A stretch of DNA of 32,000 nucleotides from positions 510,001-542,000 of the forward strand of contig NC_009925.1 in the NCBI RefSeq assembly GCF_000018105.1, given 5' to 3'. The notes under the pieces were generated by a model. The model saw nothing but the letters and a program-made list of their open reading frames with translations. It was not told where the DNA came from and made no database searches. Position numbers and translations under genes: made by a program. Every line of letters begins with the position of its first letter. Position 1 is the stretch's first letter. Below, in pieces: positions 1 through 9,769 of the stretch. The stretch is from Acaryochloris marina MBIC11017 (GTDB taxonomy: Bacteria; Cyanobacteriota; Cyanobacteriia; Thermosynechococcales; Thermosynechococcaceae).

Positions 1-1095
1 CTGGAGATCAAAGCGAAACCGCTGTTTGAGCCCCAGGAAATCAACGGTCCCCTGGAGTTGGGACAAACGGCGAGGCCGCTGACGTCGGTTATCGAGGATT
101 AGATCTTCAGGAACATCTGCCCTTGCTCCATCAATATAGGCCTCTCCCTTCAGCTCCACCGGACGCTGAGGGGGCACCTCGATGCGAACATCGGTGCGAA
201 TGTTGTTGGCTTGGACCCGAATGGCTTGCCTGGGAATCCAAATATCCCCTTGGGATAAGGTGGCATCAGAATGAATGGTTACGGGGTGTTGGGGAAGCAG
301 TTTGACCTGAAATTGCCCCTGTAATTGTCCTTTGTTGATTTCGAACGGAAGCTTGGGCAGTAGGCCCATCAAAGGAGCAGCCACGAGGTCCTTTGTTTGG
401 GCATTCACCTCTAACTTTTTCTGTTTGGATTGCCATGCCCCTTTAACAGAAAGTTGGCCCCCCGAATCCACCTGGCTTTGGGTATTGAAGTATAGGGTTT
501 CTGGGGTTGAGAAATTAAGGGTGCCGTTGAGCTGGCTAAATTGCCGAGCCTCGATGTTGGCCGGTTCAATCTGAGCCGTTCCCTGCTGCACCTGAAGCTG
601 ATTTAGTTTGACTTTAATCCAAGCCTTTGATGGTCCAGAGCGAAGTCGCGTCGCAATCCATTCCCCATCCTGGGTCTGGTCGAGGTACAGCTGGGGTTTG
701 ATCAGTGTTGCCTCTAGAGGCAGTTTGCGGCTCCAGAGAACTGGCAACAGGTTGAACCGGATATCAACAGCTTCCATTTTGGCGGAGTCAGCGTCTTCTT
801 TCGCACATCCTTGCTGGGGCGAACAAGCCGGAATCTCCGACGGTCCAAACCGAATATGGGTGAGGGAGTAATTTTGTACCTCCCCCATTTTGACGGGCCG
901 ATTTAAAGTTTTGCTCAGCTCCTCTGCCACAAGGGGGGTTAAGTCTTCATCAATAAATCTCAACACCCACCAGCTCACCCCTGCGATCGCAGCCAGTAAC
1001 AACCCAACTACAATGAGCAGAACGTGAAGACGAGTGAAGTGTCGATGGGGAGGAGATGGACGAGAAGCTTGCCCGGGAGGGGAAGGTTGGGGCAT
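1..1095 (-). CDS. TamB/AsmA-like translocation-and-assembly-module protein, N-terminal 365 codons; the 3' end runs off the left edge
   Basis: Absent from the ORF track because no stop lies in the window. I read every + strand triplet in phase 1-3, 4-6 ... up to 1095 and found no TTA, CTA or TCA. The minus frame is therefore open from the ATG (1095-1093) to base 1. The product begins MPQPSPPGQASRPSPPHRHFTRLHVLLIVVGLLLAAIAGVSWWVL, a Pro-rich tail plus one TM helix. A long beta-type Q/L/K-rich region follows. The family call is from memory of cyanobacterial TamB-type proteins, not from a search. Confidence 0.6.
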   Translation of the reverse strand, partial: MPQPSPPGQASRPSPPHRHFTRLHVLLIVVGLLLAAIAGVSWWVLRFIDEDLTPLVAEELSKTLNRPVKMGEVQNYSLTHIRFGPSEIPACSPQQGCAKEDADSAKMEAVDIRFNLLPVLWSRKLPLEATLIKPQLYLDQTQDGEWIATRLRSGPSKAWIKVKLNQLQVQQGTAQIEPANIEARQFSQLNGTLNFSTPETLYFNTQSQVDSGGQLSVKGAWQSKQKKLEVNAQTKDLVAAPLMGLLPKLPFEINKGQLQGQFQVKLLPQHPVTIHSDATLSQGDIWIPRQAIRVQANNIRTDVRIEVPPQRPVELKGEAYIDGARADVPEDLILDNRRQRPRRLSQLQGTVDFLGLKQRFRFDLQ

Positions 1096-1423
1096 GACAT
1101 CCCTCAGAGGGGTACCGTTGACAGATAAGTAGTGGGCCCTTTAACTCAAAATCTGAATCAATGAACTGTAACCTTATTACAGAAGGCTTTTTTAAGGGTT
1201 AGTTCCTCAACAATTTATAAAGTGCAACAGAATTAAAAATGATTTGAATCAAGTAACCCTCTTCAGATATTCTGTCCCCCAAGCAAATGTTGAGTCTGAC
1301 TCACCATGGGTTAGCCTTGTTATCATTGCCCTGACAAAGAACGATTATAGAGGTAAATGTTATTCTTGTTCAGCACCCTCTAGTGGTCGATAAAAGGTAT
1401 ATATAAGATTTCAACTCAGGATC

Positions 1424-1804
1424 ATGCGTGTATTTGTTTTGTTATTTAATGCTGGAACTGAGAACGAGGGCATTCACTCCTTACAAAAGCAGGTTTCCAC
1501 CGATGAAGGCAGTTATACACAAGATGTAGTTCTGGCTTTTGAAGAGGAAGACGACGCCACTCGCTTTGCCTTAATGCTGGAAGCTCAAGATTTTCCAGCA
1601 GCCACGGTGGAGGGATTTGATCAAGAAGAGATTGAAGCATTTTGCGACAGTGCGGGCTTAGAACTGGAATTAATTCCCGTGGGCTCCCTTGCTGTACCGC
1701 CAGAGGCTAATGTCGATAAAACAGACTGGCAACCGGATCAACCGGAAGCCGATGTTAATGATTTAGATCAAATTCGTCGTCGCTTAGAGAATCTGCTGGA
1801 TTAA
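1424..1804 (+). CDS. DUF3110-family conserved cyanobacterial protein (126 aa, acidic)
   Basis: ATG at 1424. The N-terminus MRVFVLLFNAGTENEGIHSLQ and the acidic tail match my memory of DUF3110 proteins. It lies 25 bp upstream of the next same-strand gene. Confidence 0.75.
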   Translation: MRVFVLLFNAGTENEGIHSLQKQVSTDEGSYTQDVVLAFEEEDDATRFALMLEAQDFPAATVEGFDQEEIEAFCDSAGLELELIPVGSLAVPPEANVDKTDWQPDQPEADVNDLDQIRRRLENLLD

Positions 1805-1829
1805 CCCGTTACGGTCTGCAAGGGTTTCC

Positions 1830-3290
1830 ATGCTGGGTTACTTTCTAGTTGTTGTCATTATTATTTTGGGTGGTGCGATCGCGACTTTGGGCGATCGGAT
1901 TGGTTCGAAGGTGGGCAAAGCTCGCCTCAGCCTCTTCAACCTCCGTCCTAAAAATACTGCCATTGTCATTACGATCATGACGGGTGCAGTGATTTCTGCC
2001 CTTACCTTAGGGATTGTATTTGCCTTCAGCCAACAGTTTCGGGATGCCCTGTTTCGGTTTGATGATATCCAGAAACGGAGTCGGATTGTCCAAAAGGAAC
2101 TGGCGGAAACCCAGGCAGAGAAGGACTCCATTGAGGTTAATCTCACGCGGTCCCGCACCAGCCTTAGCCGGACCCGGCAACGCCTTAGGACGGCCAATCG
2201 TTCTTTGGTCAAAGCGATTACCCGAGAAAAGCGGATTGAACGCCAACTTAAGCAAACCCAAAGGCGCTTTCTCCAGTCCAAGCAGCAGATTACTCAGTTC
2301 GCGGGGCAAGCGAGACAGTTGCGATCGCAAATTCAATCCCTTCGCACAGAACAAAAAAACCTCCGAGTTCAGCGCAATCAATCTGAAGCCCGGCTCAAAC
2401 AAGTTAACGCTCAAAAAAGGAAACTCGAAACCGCGATTACTCAAGCTCAAACACGACTCCGCCAAGTCGAGGTTCAAAAGCAGGAGTTAACCACAACGAT
2501 TACAAAAGGGCGTCAGGAACTTCGAGCCGCCAATCAACAACGTCAACAACTCCAACAAGACGTTCAAGCCCTAGAAGCCAATCGTGAACGCTTAGAGAAA
2601 AATGTCGAATTTCTCCTATTGGGGCTACGTCGTGGCACCATTGCCATTCGCACTGGGCAAGTCCTGACCTCAGCGGTGATTCAAGACATTAATTCCAAAG
2701 CCGATGCGATCCAAGCCATCAACACGCTGCTCACCCAAGCCCGTCAAAGTGCGATTGCCTTGTCCAATCTGACAGACCTTCCGAATGAGCAGCAGGTTGT
2801 TCAAATGCGGCAGTCTGACGTTGAGCGGCTGGCCATTCGCATAGGGGATGGAAAATCTTATGTGGTCAAAATTCTAGCGGCTGCCAGTTATTTACAAGGA
2901 GAACGAACCATCTTTGTCGTTCCTCAGTTAGCTGCGAACCGAGTCATTTACCAAGCCGATACCCGAATTGCCCGAATTTCTGTCCAGCCCGCTCAAGTGA
3001 GTGATGAGCAACTCCTACTCCAAATTGAGCAATTGTTGAGGGTCGTCAATCGGCAAGCTATCGTTGCCGGTTTCTTGCCAGATCCCCTGACAGGTACCGT
3101 GGGTACCTTTCGACAAGTAGATTTATTCCGATTTATTTTGGCGTTGAAAGATCGGAACGATTCAGGTCCTGTCGATATTATTGCCATTACTCCGAATACA
3201 GTACTGACCGCAGGTCCACTAGCCATTGAGCTAATTGCGATTAAAGATCAACAAATCATTCTTCGAAGTAACGCTCCAGAGCCGTCATAA
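1830..3290 (+). CDS. DUF3084-family membrane-anchored coiled-coil protein (486 aa)
   Basis: The N-terminal TM segments are MLGYFLVVVIIILGGAIATLGDRIGSKVG and TAIVITIMTGAVISALTLGIVFAF. A ~200-aa Q/R/K-rich heptad region follows (RQLRSQIQSLRTEQKNLRVQRNQSEARLKQV...), then a globular C-terminus. This architecture is typical of cyanobacterial DUF3084 proteins. Confidence 0.75.
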   Translation: MLGYFLVVVIIILGGAIATLGDRIGSKVGKARLSLFNLRPKNTAIVITIMTGAVISALTLGIVFAFSQQFRDALFRFDDIQKRSRIVQKELAETQAEKDSIEVNLTRSRTSLSRTRQRLRTANRSLVKAITREKRIERQLKQTQRRFLQSKQQITQFAGQARQLRSQIQSLRTEQKNLRVQRNQSEARLKQVNAQKRKLETAITQAQTRLRQVEVQKQELTTTITKGRQELRAANQQRQQLQQDVQALEANRERLEKNVEFLLLGLRRGTIAIRTGQVLTSAVIQDINSKADAIQAINTLLTQARQSAIALSNLTDLPNEQQVVQMRQSDVERLAIRIGDGKSYVVKILAAASYLQGERTIFVVPQLAANRVIYQADTRIARISVQPAQVSDEQLLLQIEQLLRVVNRQAIVAGFLPDPLTGTVGTFRQVDLFRFILALKDRNDSGPVDIIAITPNTVLTAGPLAIELIAIKDQQIILRSNAPEPS

Positions 3291-3297
3291 GCTAGGC

Positions 3298-5358
3298 CTA
3301 ACCCGTCAAGTTGCTGATGGCATCTTGGGTGACTGCGGCAATCGCTTGATCGGTGGCTTTCGGCAAATGATAGTAGTTACCCCCTGCATTTTGGGCCAGC
3401 TCTTTGGCAAATCCAGTGGAAATAAACTTGTTCTCGGTATCAATCACCAGCAATTTCAAATTCAAGGCTCGAATGCGACCCGCAATTTCTAACAGTTCAG
3501 CCTTAATATCAGGTTTCTCCCCATCTACTGGCGGTTCACCCAAGGATGTTGTCAAGGGAATATTACCTCGACCATCCGTAATCGCGACCAATACCACCTG
3601 ACCAATATCCCCGGATGAGAGGGCATTCATCCCCACCCGAACCGCTTGGGTCAAGCCGTGGGCTAAAGGAGATCCACCGCCACAGGGCAGCGTATCCAAA
3701 CGGCGGCGAGCGGCTTCGATAGACCGAGTCGGGGGTAGGAGTACATCAGCCCGTTCCCCTCTAAAAGGGATCAAAGAAACCTGATCTCGATTTTGATAGG
3801 CTTCCGTTAATAAGCGCATCACGGCCCCTTTCGCCGACTGCATCCGGTTAAGGGCCATAGAACCTGACGCATCCACTACAAACACGACCAATGCTCCTGC
3901 TTTACGAGCCAACCGTTTGGTGCGGACATCGGACTGCTCAACAATGACTCGCCGATTCGGGTGGCGCAACCGCCGTGCCTTTTGGTAGGGAGCTGCCGCT
4001 CTCAACGTGGCGTCAACAGCAATTCGTTTAACACCGCCCTTGGGCAACATGGGTTTGACATAGCGTCCTCGATCTTCCGAAAAGACAATACTCCGACTAC
4101 CTGATTTCCCTTGTCGGCTAGCATTTTGGGCAAAGTATAAGACTTGGGGATCGAGGACAACACCATCGGGATCGAACACAAATTCTTCGGGAATGCTGGG
4201 GGGCTCTTCTGGTTCCGGTGGATCTTCTTCGTTTTGATCGTCCTCTTCTTCTTCATCTTGATCTGACTGATCGGAATTATCTTGTTGAGGTGGAGGGGGA
4301 GGTGGGGGTTGTGGTTGTTCTGGGGGTGGGGCATCAATGACCGTTGCCCGAGGGACAATCACTAATTCAACAGCACGCCGTAAATCTTCTGCAGTGACTT
4401 CTGAACGGCCATTGAGGGCCGCATGGGCTTTGGCTACACGAACGGCAAATAGTTCGGCTCGATGACCTTGCACTCCGCCTCTGAGAGCTTCATCCACAAG
4501 ATAGACAATCTGAGAGTGTTGAATCTGAACATCCTTGAGCCATTCTCGCGCCAGCAAAATCTGAGTTTTTAAATCATCTGTTTCATCCTCATACTGTGCT
4601 AAAAATGCTTGAGGAGAATTGGCATAGGCAGTAGCCTGCTCCACTGCCTGAACTCGCAGGTCAAGGCCCAACATCTGATCGGCTGAGAGGGAAATAGCGA
4701 TACGATCTAGCAGATGTTCCCGTAGAGGACCTTCTTCTGGATTGTAAGTGGCAATAAAAATAGTAGAGCAAGGATGTTGGAAGCTGAGCCCCTCGCGTTC
4801 GATTTGATTTCGACCTTCCGTTAGGCTAGTCAGCAATAAATTGGAAATCTGGTCATCCAGTAGATTAATCTCATCCACATATAAGACGCCCCGATTGGCC
4901 TCTGCCAACAGTCCGGGTTGAAATACGGTTTCTCCTAGCTTTACGGATTGGCTAACATCCACAGAACCTAACAGCCGATCTTCTGTCACTCCTAAAGGAA
5001 CCTGGACAAATGGGGTCGGAATAATTTCGGTTTCGGGTTGGGGCTGTCCATCCACTATCGGAATGGCACCAGCCTCTAGACTGGCCAATAGGTCATCATC
5101 CCAAGCAGAAGTATCCTCTGGATCGCCTTGGCAGATGGAGCCTTTGACCACTTCGATGGGGGGGAGAAGGGCATGAACCGCTCGGGCCATGACTGATTTC
5201 GCGGTCCCTCGCCGACCCGCAATAACGACCCCGCCCAGAGTTGGATCAACTGCTGTGAGCAATAATGCCAATTTAATCGCTTCTTGACCCACCACAGCTG
5301 TGAGGGGAAAGGTGGTTATTTTTTGGGGAAGTTCAGCAACTGGCATAGAAGATTTCAT
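3298..5358 (-). CDS. chlD: Magnesium chelatase subunit D
   Basis: The AAA+ N-domain reads [44 protein letters not shown]. The characteristic Pro-rich/acidic linker is [42 protein letters not shown]. The C-terminal VWA domain reads [25 protein letters not shown]. The protein appears colinear along its length with Synechocystis ChlD as I recall it. Confidence 0.95.
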   Translation of the reverse strand: MKSSMPVAELPQKITTFPLTAVVGQEAIKLALLLTAVDPTLGGVVIAGRRGTAKSVMARAVHALLPPIEVVKGSICQGDPEDTSAWDDDLLASLEAGAIPIVDGQPQPETEIIPTPFVQVPLGVTEDRLLGSVDVSQSVKLGETVFQPGLLAEANRGVLYVDEINLLDDQISNLLLTSLTEGRNQIEREGLSFQHPCSTIFIATYNPEEGPLREHLLDRIAISLSADQMLGLDLRVQAVEQATAYANSPQAFLAQYEDETDDLKTQILLAREWLKDVQIQHSQIVYLVDEALRGGVQGHRAELFAVRVAKAHAALNGRSEVTAEDLRRAVELVIVPRATVIDAPPPEQPQPPPPPPPQQDNSDQSDQDEEEEDDQNEEDPPEPEEPPSIPEEFVFDPDGVVLDPQVLYFAQNASRQGKSGSRSIVFSEDRGRYVKPMLPKGGVKRIAVDATLRAAAPYQKARRLRHPNRRVIVEQSDVRTKRLARKAGALVVFVVDASGSMALNRMQSAKGAVMRLLTEAYQNRDQVSLIPFRGERADVLLPPTRSIEAARRRLDTLPCGGGSPLAHGLTQAVRVGMNALSSGDIGQVVLVAITDGRGNIPLTTSLGEPPVDGEKPDIKAELLEIAGRIRALNLKLLVIDTENKFISTGFAKELAQNAGGNYYHLPKATDQAIAAVTQDAISNLTG

Positions 5359-5455
5359 TGGTGTTCAGACCTTCAGAATACCAAGATCCATGCTTCAAAG
5401 GCGTTGTTTCAGGATTTTGTCTGCCCCATTACCTCATCTCAACGGATGAGAGATC

Positions 5456-5665
5456 TTAGAAACGTAGCGGCAACCACCGAACTATGCCAACCATCACTAA
5501 AGTCATTGCTAGCTGAGCAGAGGGAGGAGCGAGGGCAAAACTGCATAAGCTACTTAGGAGACCCGCACAGGTTGCAGCGATGGAATGGACTTCTTCAGCT
5601 CTTCTCAGTTTGATGGCAAGAGCGATACAAACAACAGCTATCACCAGAAAGAAACCACTAAACAT
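5456..5665 (-). CDS. Hypothetical small membrane protein (69 aa from the ATG; the track ORF starts at a TTG at 5683)
   Basis: There are two or three hydrophobic segments (FSGFFLVIAVVCIALAI, AATCAGLLSSLCSFALA, LAMTLVMVGIV). It is on the same strand as chlD and upstream of it. I recognise no family. Confidence 0.3.
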   Translation of the reverse strand: MFSGFFLVIAVVCIALAIKLRRAEEVHSIAATCAGLLSSLCSFALAPPSAQLAMTLVMVGIVRWLPLRF

Positions 5666-5873
5666 TACAAACACCTCTTTCAAATGATGTTGTTTTGGAT
5701 ATAAACAGAAAGTAAGTATTTATTAAACTCAATCTAATGCGAATTAATCATTTTAATCAGTCTATCATGAGTGGACTGAGTATTTTTGCTCATCGATTGT
5801 GATTTCTTATCTGTTTCATTCAAATTCTTAAATCAATGGCACTGACTTAAGCTCAATCAAACAGCTAGCTTAT

Positions 5874-7265
5874 CCCTCTTTTATCACTTTAGACAGATAA
5901 AAAATAGACTATTCTCAGTTTCTATTTTTCTAATGAGTGATGTCAGCTTCAAGAAGTCCAGAACCAACCATTGGCTTTGTTGATGAGTACTGCCAACTAT
6001 TTGCAGAGTTATTTCCCCAAGTCCGCAGTTATGAAGCCTTCAAGCATCTCCATCTGGGGATGATTAGTGATATCAAACGTAAATCATTGCCCGCCATTGC
6101 AAGAGCAGTGGGCTTGGAGAACCATCAAAGCCTGCATCATTTTCTGAGTGAATCACCTTGGGTAGCGTCACATTTGTCTGACAAGAGATTGGACATCATC
6201 TTGAAAATACTGGATGGGCGCAGGTTAATTCTATTGATCGATGAGACGGGCGATTGCAAAAAAGGCAAGAGTACCGACTATGTGAAACGGCAGTATATCG
6301 GCAATGTGGGCAAGAAAGAGAATGGCATCGTCGCAGTCACTGCCTACGGGCTGTTTCAAGGGATGATTTTGCCTTTGTCCTTTGAAGTGTACAAACCCCG
6401 AGAACGTCTTAAAGAGGAGGATGAGTATCTCAGCAAACCCCAAATTGCTGCTGGAATGATCCGACAGTTGCAAGGGATGGGCTTTTGCTTTGAGCTCGTC
6501 CTGGCTGACAGCTTGTATGGGGAAGCTCAAACAAACTTTGTGAATGTCTTAGAGGAGTTAAAGCTGCCCTATATCCTAGCGATTCGTAGCAATCATGCGG
6601 TGTGGTTACCCGCAGAACAAGCAGTCTTTGCCGAACCGTGGCAGTCATTTGAACGAACCTTCAGCAATGGCACCACTGAAACTCGTTACAGGCAAGAGAT
6701 CATTTATGGCCAGCGACACCACCAGAAGCGCTATTGGCTATTAACCACGGACCCCCAAACGCTACCAGAGAACTCAACCTCTTATGTCATGGCAGCGGCA
6801 CCCGAGATCAAGCTGGATGAAATTGGGGATTGCTATGGCTTCAGAACTTGGATTGAGTATGGTCTCAAACAGTCTAAAGATACCTTGGGTTGGGCTGATT
6901 TTCGCATGACGCACTACGAACAAATTGAAAAGTGGTGGGAGATAGTGATGAGCGCTTTCTTGATGGTGAGTTTGTTCGCTGATGTCTTCAATGACTCTTG
7001 TCCAGTGGCACATCAACACTTTGCGCAGCATCCTTGGTGGGATAACCAAAACGGGTGGAAGAATCTGCTCAATAATGTGCGCTTGATCATTCAACCGTTA
7101 ATCAGTTGGAATCTTCTAAAGCGCTGGTTAGAAGTCTTTCCCAGCCGTGCTTTGAAAAAGGGGTTTGAGCAACTCACATCAAAGATGGAGGCATTTTGCT
7201 GTCCACTGGTGAGGAAATTGCTCAAGCATCCTGATTTTCTCTCTGTCTAAAGTGATAAAAGAGGG
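5874..7265 (+). mobile_element. IS701-family insertion sequence (1392 bp), apparently intact
   Basis: Perfect 23-bp inverted repeats: CCCTCTTTTATCACTTTAGACAG at 5874-5896 and its reverse complement at 7243-7265. A 4-bp direct repeat TTAT flanks them at 5870-5873 and 7266-7269. Confidence 0.9.
5940..7250 (+). CDS. IS701-family DDE transposase
   Basis: The track ORF starts at a GTG at 5937 and the first ATG is at 5940. The sequence has the layout I associate with IS701/ISAs-type transposases (FVDEYCQLFAELFP..., LLIDETGDCKKGKSTDYVKRQYIGNVGKKENGIVAVTAY, ELVLADSLYGE). The stop lies inside the right IR. Confidence 0.85.
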   Translation: MSASRSPEPTIGFVDEYCQLFAELFPQVRSYEAFKHLHLGMISDIKRKSLPAIARAVGLENHQSLHHFLSESPWVASHLSDKRLDIILKILDGRRLILLIDETGDCKKGKSTDYVKRQYIGNVGKKENGIVAVTAYGLFQGMILPLSFEVYKPRERLKEEDEYLSKPQIAAGMIRQLQGMGFCFELVLADSLYGEAQTNFVNVLEELKLPYILAIRSNHAVWLPAEQAVFAEPWQSFERTFSNGTTETRYRQEIIYGQRHHQKRYWLLTTDPQTLPENSTSYVMAAAPEIKLDEIGDCYGFRTWIEYGLKQSKDTLGWADFRMTHYEQIEKWWEIVMSAFLMVSLFADVFNDSCPVAHQHFAQHPWWDNQNGWKNLLNNVRLIIQPLISWNLLKRWLEVFPSRALKKGFEQLTSKMEAFCCPLVRKLLKHPDFLSV

Positions 7266-7267
7266 TT

Positions 7268-8416
7268 ATACCAAATCCGACTTACTAACCCCCGAAACAT
7301 TTCATCTGTCAAGCTGGCCACCAATGGTAATGAGTTAGAGCTTTAATGTCCGATTGCATTGTCATTAAGGTTCGACAGCGCTGCTCGAGAACATCTTCGA
7401 GGTCATCCAGGGTCTCAAAACACTGATTAGCCAGTGGCTCGTCCGCTAGCCGCCACAACCGTTCAGCTGGCTGTAGCTCTGGAGAATAGGGGGGTAAAAT
7501 CTTCAGATGAATGCCAGGTGGCACCACCCGATTCTTACAGGTATGCCATCCGGCTCCATCCAGAACGAGAAGAATCTGTTTGTGCTTTCCCGCTCCAACT
7601 TGCTGAGCAAAGCTTTGTAGGGCTTGATTAAACCATTCTCCATTGACCCGAGGTAGAATGAACCATTCGGTATCGCCGGTTGCGGGATGAACGAATCCGT
7701 ATAGATAGGTCCATTCATAGCGATGGTCCACCTCAGCAATTGGACGCTGCCCCACAGGCGCCCAAATCTTTCGAATAATGGGTTTAAGGCCTAATCGGTG
7801 TTCATCAAAAGACCAAATTTCGACCTGAGCATCACGATAGCATCGCTCTAATTCTGCTTTGTATTCAGGAAGTTTTTTTAAAGGCGGCTTGGGCCTCCGG
7901 TTCACCTTTACGATGATGAGGACGTGGGCATTGCAGGGACTGCTCCAATCGCTTGAGATAGTCCCAACCCCGTTGGGGCCAAACCTTATCGACTCCTGTC
8001 ATCTGAGCGATGACCTGGGCTACTTTGGGTCCGTTCCATAGACCACCGTCGGCGGGTGGTGTTTGTAGACGAGTCAACAATTGTGCACATTGGTCTTGAG
8101 TGAGAAGACTGCGAGATTGATGAGGTCGCTTATCTTTGCGTCGGTTGTGTAACCCATGGGCGCCATTGTGGTTATACTCCCTGACGATTTCTCGAGCGTA
8201 ATCGTAGTTGAGACCCACCACTTGAGCTGCGTGAGTCAGGGTTGTTTGCTCACTGACGAGCCATAGTAGATGCCAGCGGCGCGATTCTACTGGGTCTTTG
8301 CTGGCTCGATAATGAGACTTCAGCTCGTCAGGCGAAAAATGAGGTTCGAGATATAGTTTTCTTGGCATTCTCTAATAATGCATCATATCGGGGTTATATA
8401 AATCGGATTTGGTATT
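7268..8416 (-). mobile_element. IS630-family insertion sequence inserted in the 3' end of the IS4 transposase gene
   Basis: The imperfect terminal IRs are ATACCAAATCCGACTTAC-TAACCCCCGA (7268 onward) and the reverse complement of 8416 backward, ATACCAAATCCGATTTATATAACCCCGA. The first 13 bp are identical. The size of ~1.15 kb fits IS630. A TA lies at the right flank (8416-8417). The left flank is obscured by the IS701 insertion, so the boundaries are good to about 2 bp. Confidence 0.7.
7309..8368 (-). CDS. IS630-family transposase in two overlapping frames: an HTH part (7865-8368) and a DDE part (7309-7905), joined at an A7 run
   Basis: ORF1 (167 aa) is the helix-turn-helix half and ends ...AAFKKTS*. 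ORF2 carries the DDE half (EIWSFDEHRLGL..., LLVLDGAGWHT..., YSPELQPAERLW). The frames overlap at TTTAAAAAAACTT on the minus strand (T-run 7873-7879 on +). Joining them gives a ~350-aa product, typical of IS630. Confidence 0.8.
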
Positions 8417-9769
8417 AGCTTTGAGAGCAGAGCGAGGTTGTCGCATTCGCGGGAAAGATTTGGGTCTGCGTTTGACGACTCTCGGTTCGTGCCGATTCGG
8501 TCGAGAGGGTAATAGATCGGCTGCCATGGTCTCAAGTAGATGAGTAAACAACCGCTTTCTGGTCGCACGGTTGGCTGTCGCCAACAAAGCAAGCATCTGA
8601 TTGAAGTGTTGTCGTGCTCCTTGCACAGACAGTTGAGTTCTAGCATTATCTGCTAGCGGTGCCGCAAGTTCCATGAGACTTCTGAGTAGGTTATAGCCCA
8701 ACAAATGTACCCAAATGTCCTTGCGCACCATATCCGGAGTTTTGGCACTGAGCATCTCCATTTTTAAGGTGGTTTTGAGATGGCGCAGATTGACTTCCGC
8801 CACTGGCCAACGCCAGCCATACAAGCGAGTCAGTTGCCCAGCGCTGTAGCGTTGAGCATCCAGCAGCGTCGTCACCACAATAATGTGCTGGTCGCGAAAG
8901 CCCTTAAGGGATAAGCGCAAACACACCTCTCTAACGACCAATGTTTGAGGAATCAGGGCAAAATCTTGCTCACTCATGTGCTCAGGCCGTTGGGCTGGCT
9001 TATGCCATGTCACCTGATGATCACCAATGCCATGCTTGTTGCCTTTGCGGAAATCAGTCTTGCGAGCATGATGTTTACGCAACACTCCATCAGCCCTGTG
9101 TTGTTGAATGATGGCTAGATCAACATAGCTGCCATAAGCTTGGTCCGCCATGACCACATCACCGACCTCAAGGTCTTGATAGAGCAAACGACTCATGACA
9201 ATTTCACTGGTGTCCCAGGAGGCAATACAAGCTGACGCCACTGCACCGGTAACCAAACAGAAGAACACTACCAAGCGAGCGATGGGAAAACCACAGCCTG
9301 CTGTTTGATTGCCATGTTGTGGATATGATGCTTGGTTGGCCGCACTATCAGCCATCAACACGGTGGTTCCGTCGTAGACCTTGACGGGCCGACCACACCA
9401 GAGGTGCTCTGGGGAGAGGGGTTGCGCTAAGCACTCAGCGCTTTCGGGAATTAAACGTTGCAACAGTGACTCTGGAAAGCGACTTCTGGCTTTGCTGTAG
9501 GCTCCGGTATCAGATGAGGGCGGTTGGATGCCAGCCGCTGTGAGCCAAGTCGTGATGCATTTGACTGTGTTACGAAGGCTTTTATCGGCTGATAGCACTT
9601 GGTAAAGCATGGCCCACAGCGTAACGATGGGGCTATATATCCGGTTGCGATAGGAGAATGCTTCTTCTTTCAGGAGTTCCTCTAACCTTGAGGCTGGAAG
9701 GATATCTGTCCACGGTAAACCCAGGCTTTGGGAAAATTGCTGCTTGAGAATTTCGGCTGACTCAGACAT
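8372..9769 (-). CDS. IS4-family DDE transposase; the last ~13 codons are encoded by the inserted IS630 end
   Basis: The track ORF begins at a TTG at 9820 and the first ATG (MSESAEILKQQF...) is at 9769. The layout is IS4-like (VYDGTTVLMADS..., VVMADQAYGSY..., YGWRWPVAEVNLRHLKTTL). The C-terminal NTKSDLYNPDMMHY is translated from the IS630 inverted repeat. Confidence 0.8.
   Translation of the reverse strand: MSESAEILKQQFSQSLGLPWTDILPASRLEELLKEEAFSYRNRIYSPIVTLWAMLYQVLSADKSLRNTVKCITTWLTAAGIQPPSSDTGAYSKARSRFPESLLQRLIPESAECLAQPLSPEHLWCGRPVKVYDGTTVLMADSAANQASYPQHGNQTAGCGFPIARLVVFFCLVTGAVASACIASWDTSEIVMSRLLYQDLEVGDVVMADQAYGSYVDLAIIQQHRADGVLRKHHARKTDFRKGNKHGIGDHQVTWHKPAQRPEHMSEQDFALIPQTLVVREVCLRLSLKGFRDQHIIVVTTLLDAQRYSAGQLTRLYGWRWPVAEVNLRHLKTTLKMEMLSAKTPDMVRKDIWVHLLGYNLLRSLMELAAPLADNARTQLSVQGARQHFNQMLALLATANRATRKRLFTHLLETMAADLLPSRPNRHEPRVVKRRPKSFPRMRQPRSALKANTKSDLYNPDMMHY

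Noticed and set aside
123-871. Plus-strand track ORFs 123-305, 332-574 and 608-871
   Set aside because: They lie antisense to a continuous 365-codon minus-strand frame with a credible start, TM helix and TamB-like sequence. Their products are low-complexity with no motifs.
1160-1185. A possible NtcA-type site (GTA-N8-TAC) at CTGTAACCTTATTACAG in the TamB/DUF3110 divergent region
   Set aside because: Counting gives GTA-N7-TAC, not the N8 spacing of the consensus. It is only a 6-bp inverted repeat.
1838-2490. ORFs 1838-2281 (-), 2007-2477 (-) and 2014-2490 (+), overlapping the DUF3084 gene
   Set aside because: The Q/R/K-rich coiled-coil coding bias keeps alternative frames open. The products are Arg/Leu/Ser-rich shadow ORFs with no independent signals.
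4002-4358. ORF 4002-4358 (-) and the + strand ORFs 3235-3601 inside chlD
   Set aside because: They are alternative frames within a confidently identified chlD. The 4002-4358 frame is kept open by the Pro/Glu-rich linker repeats.
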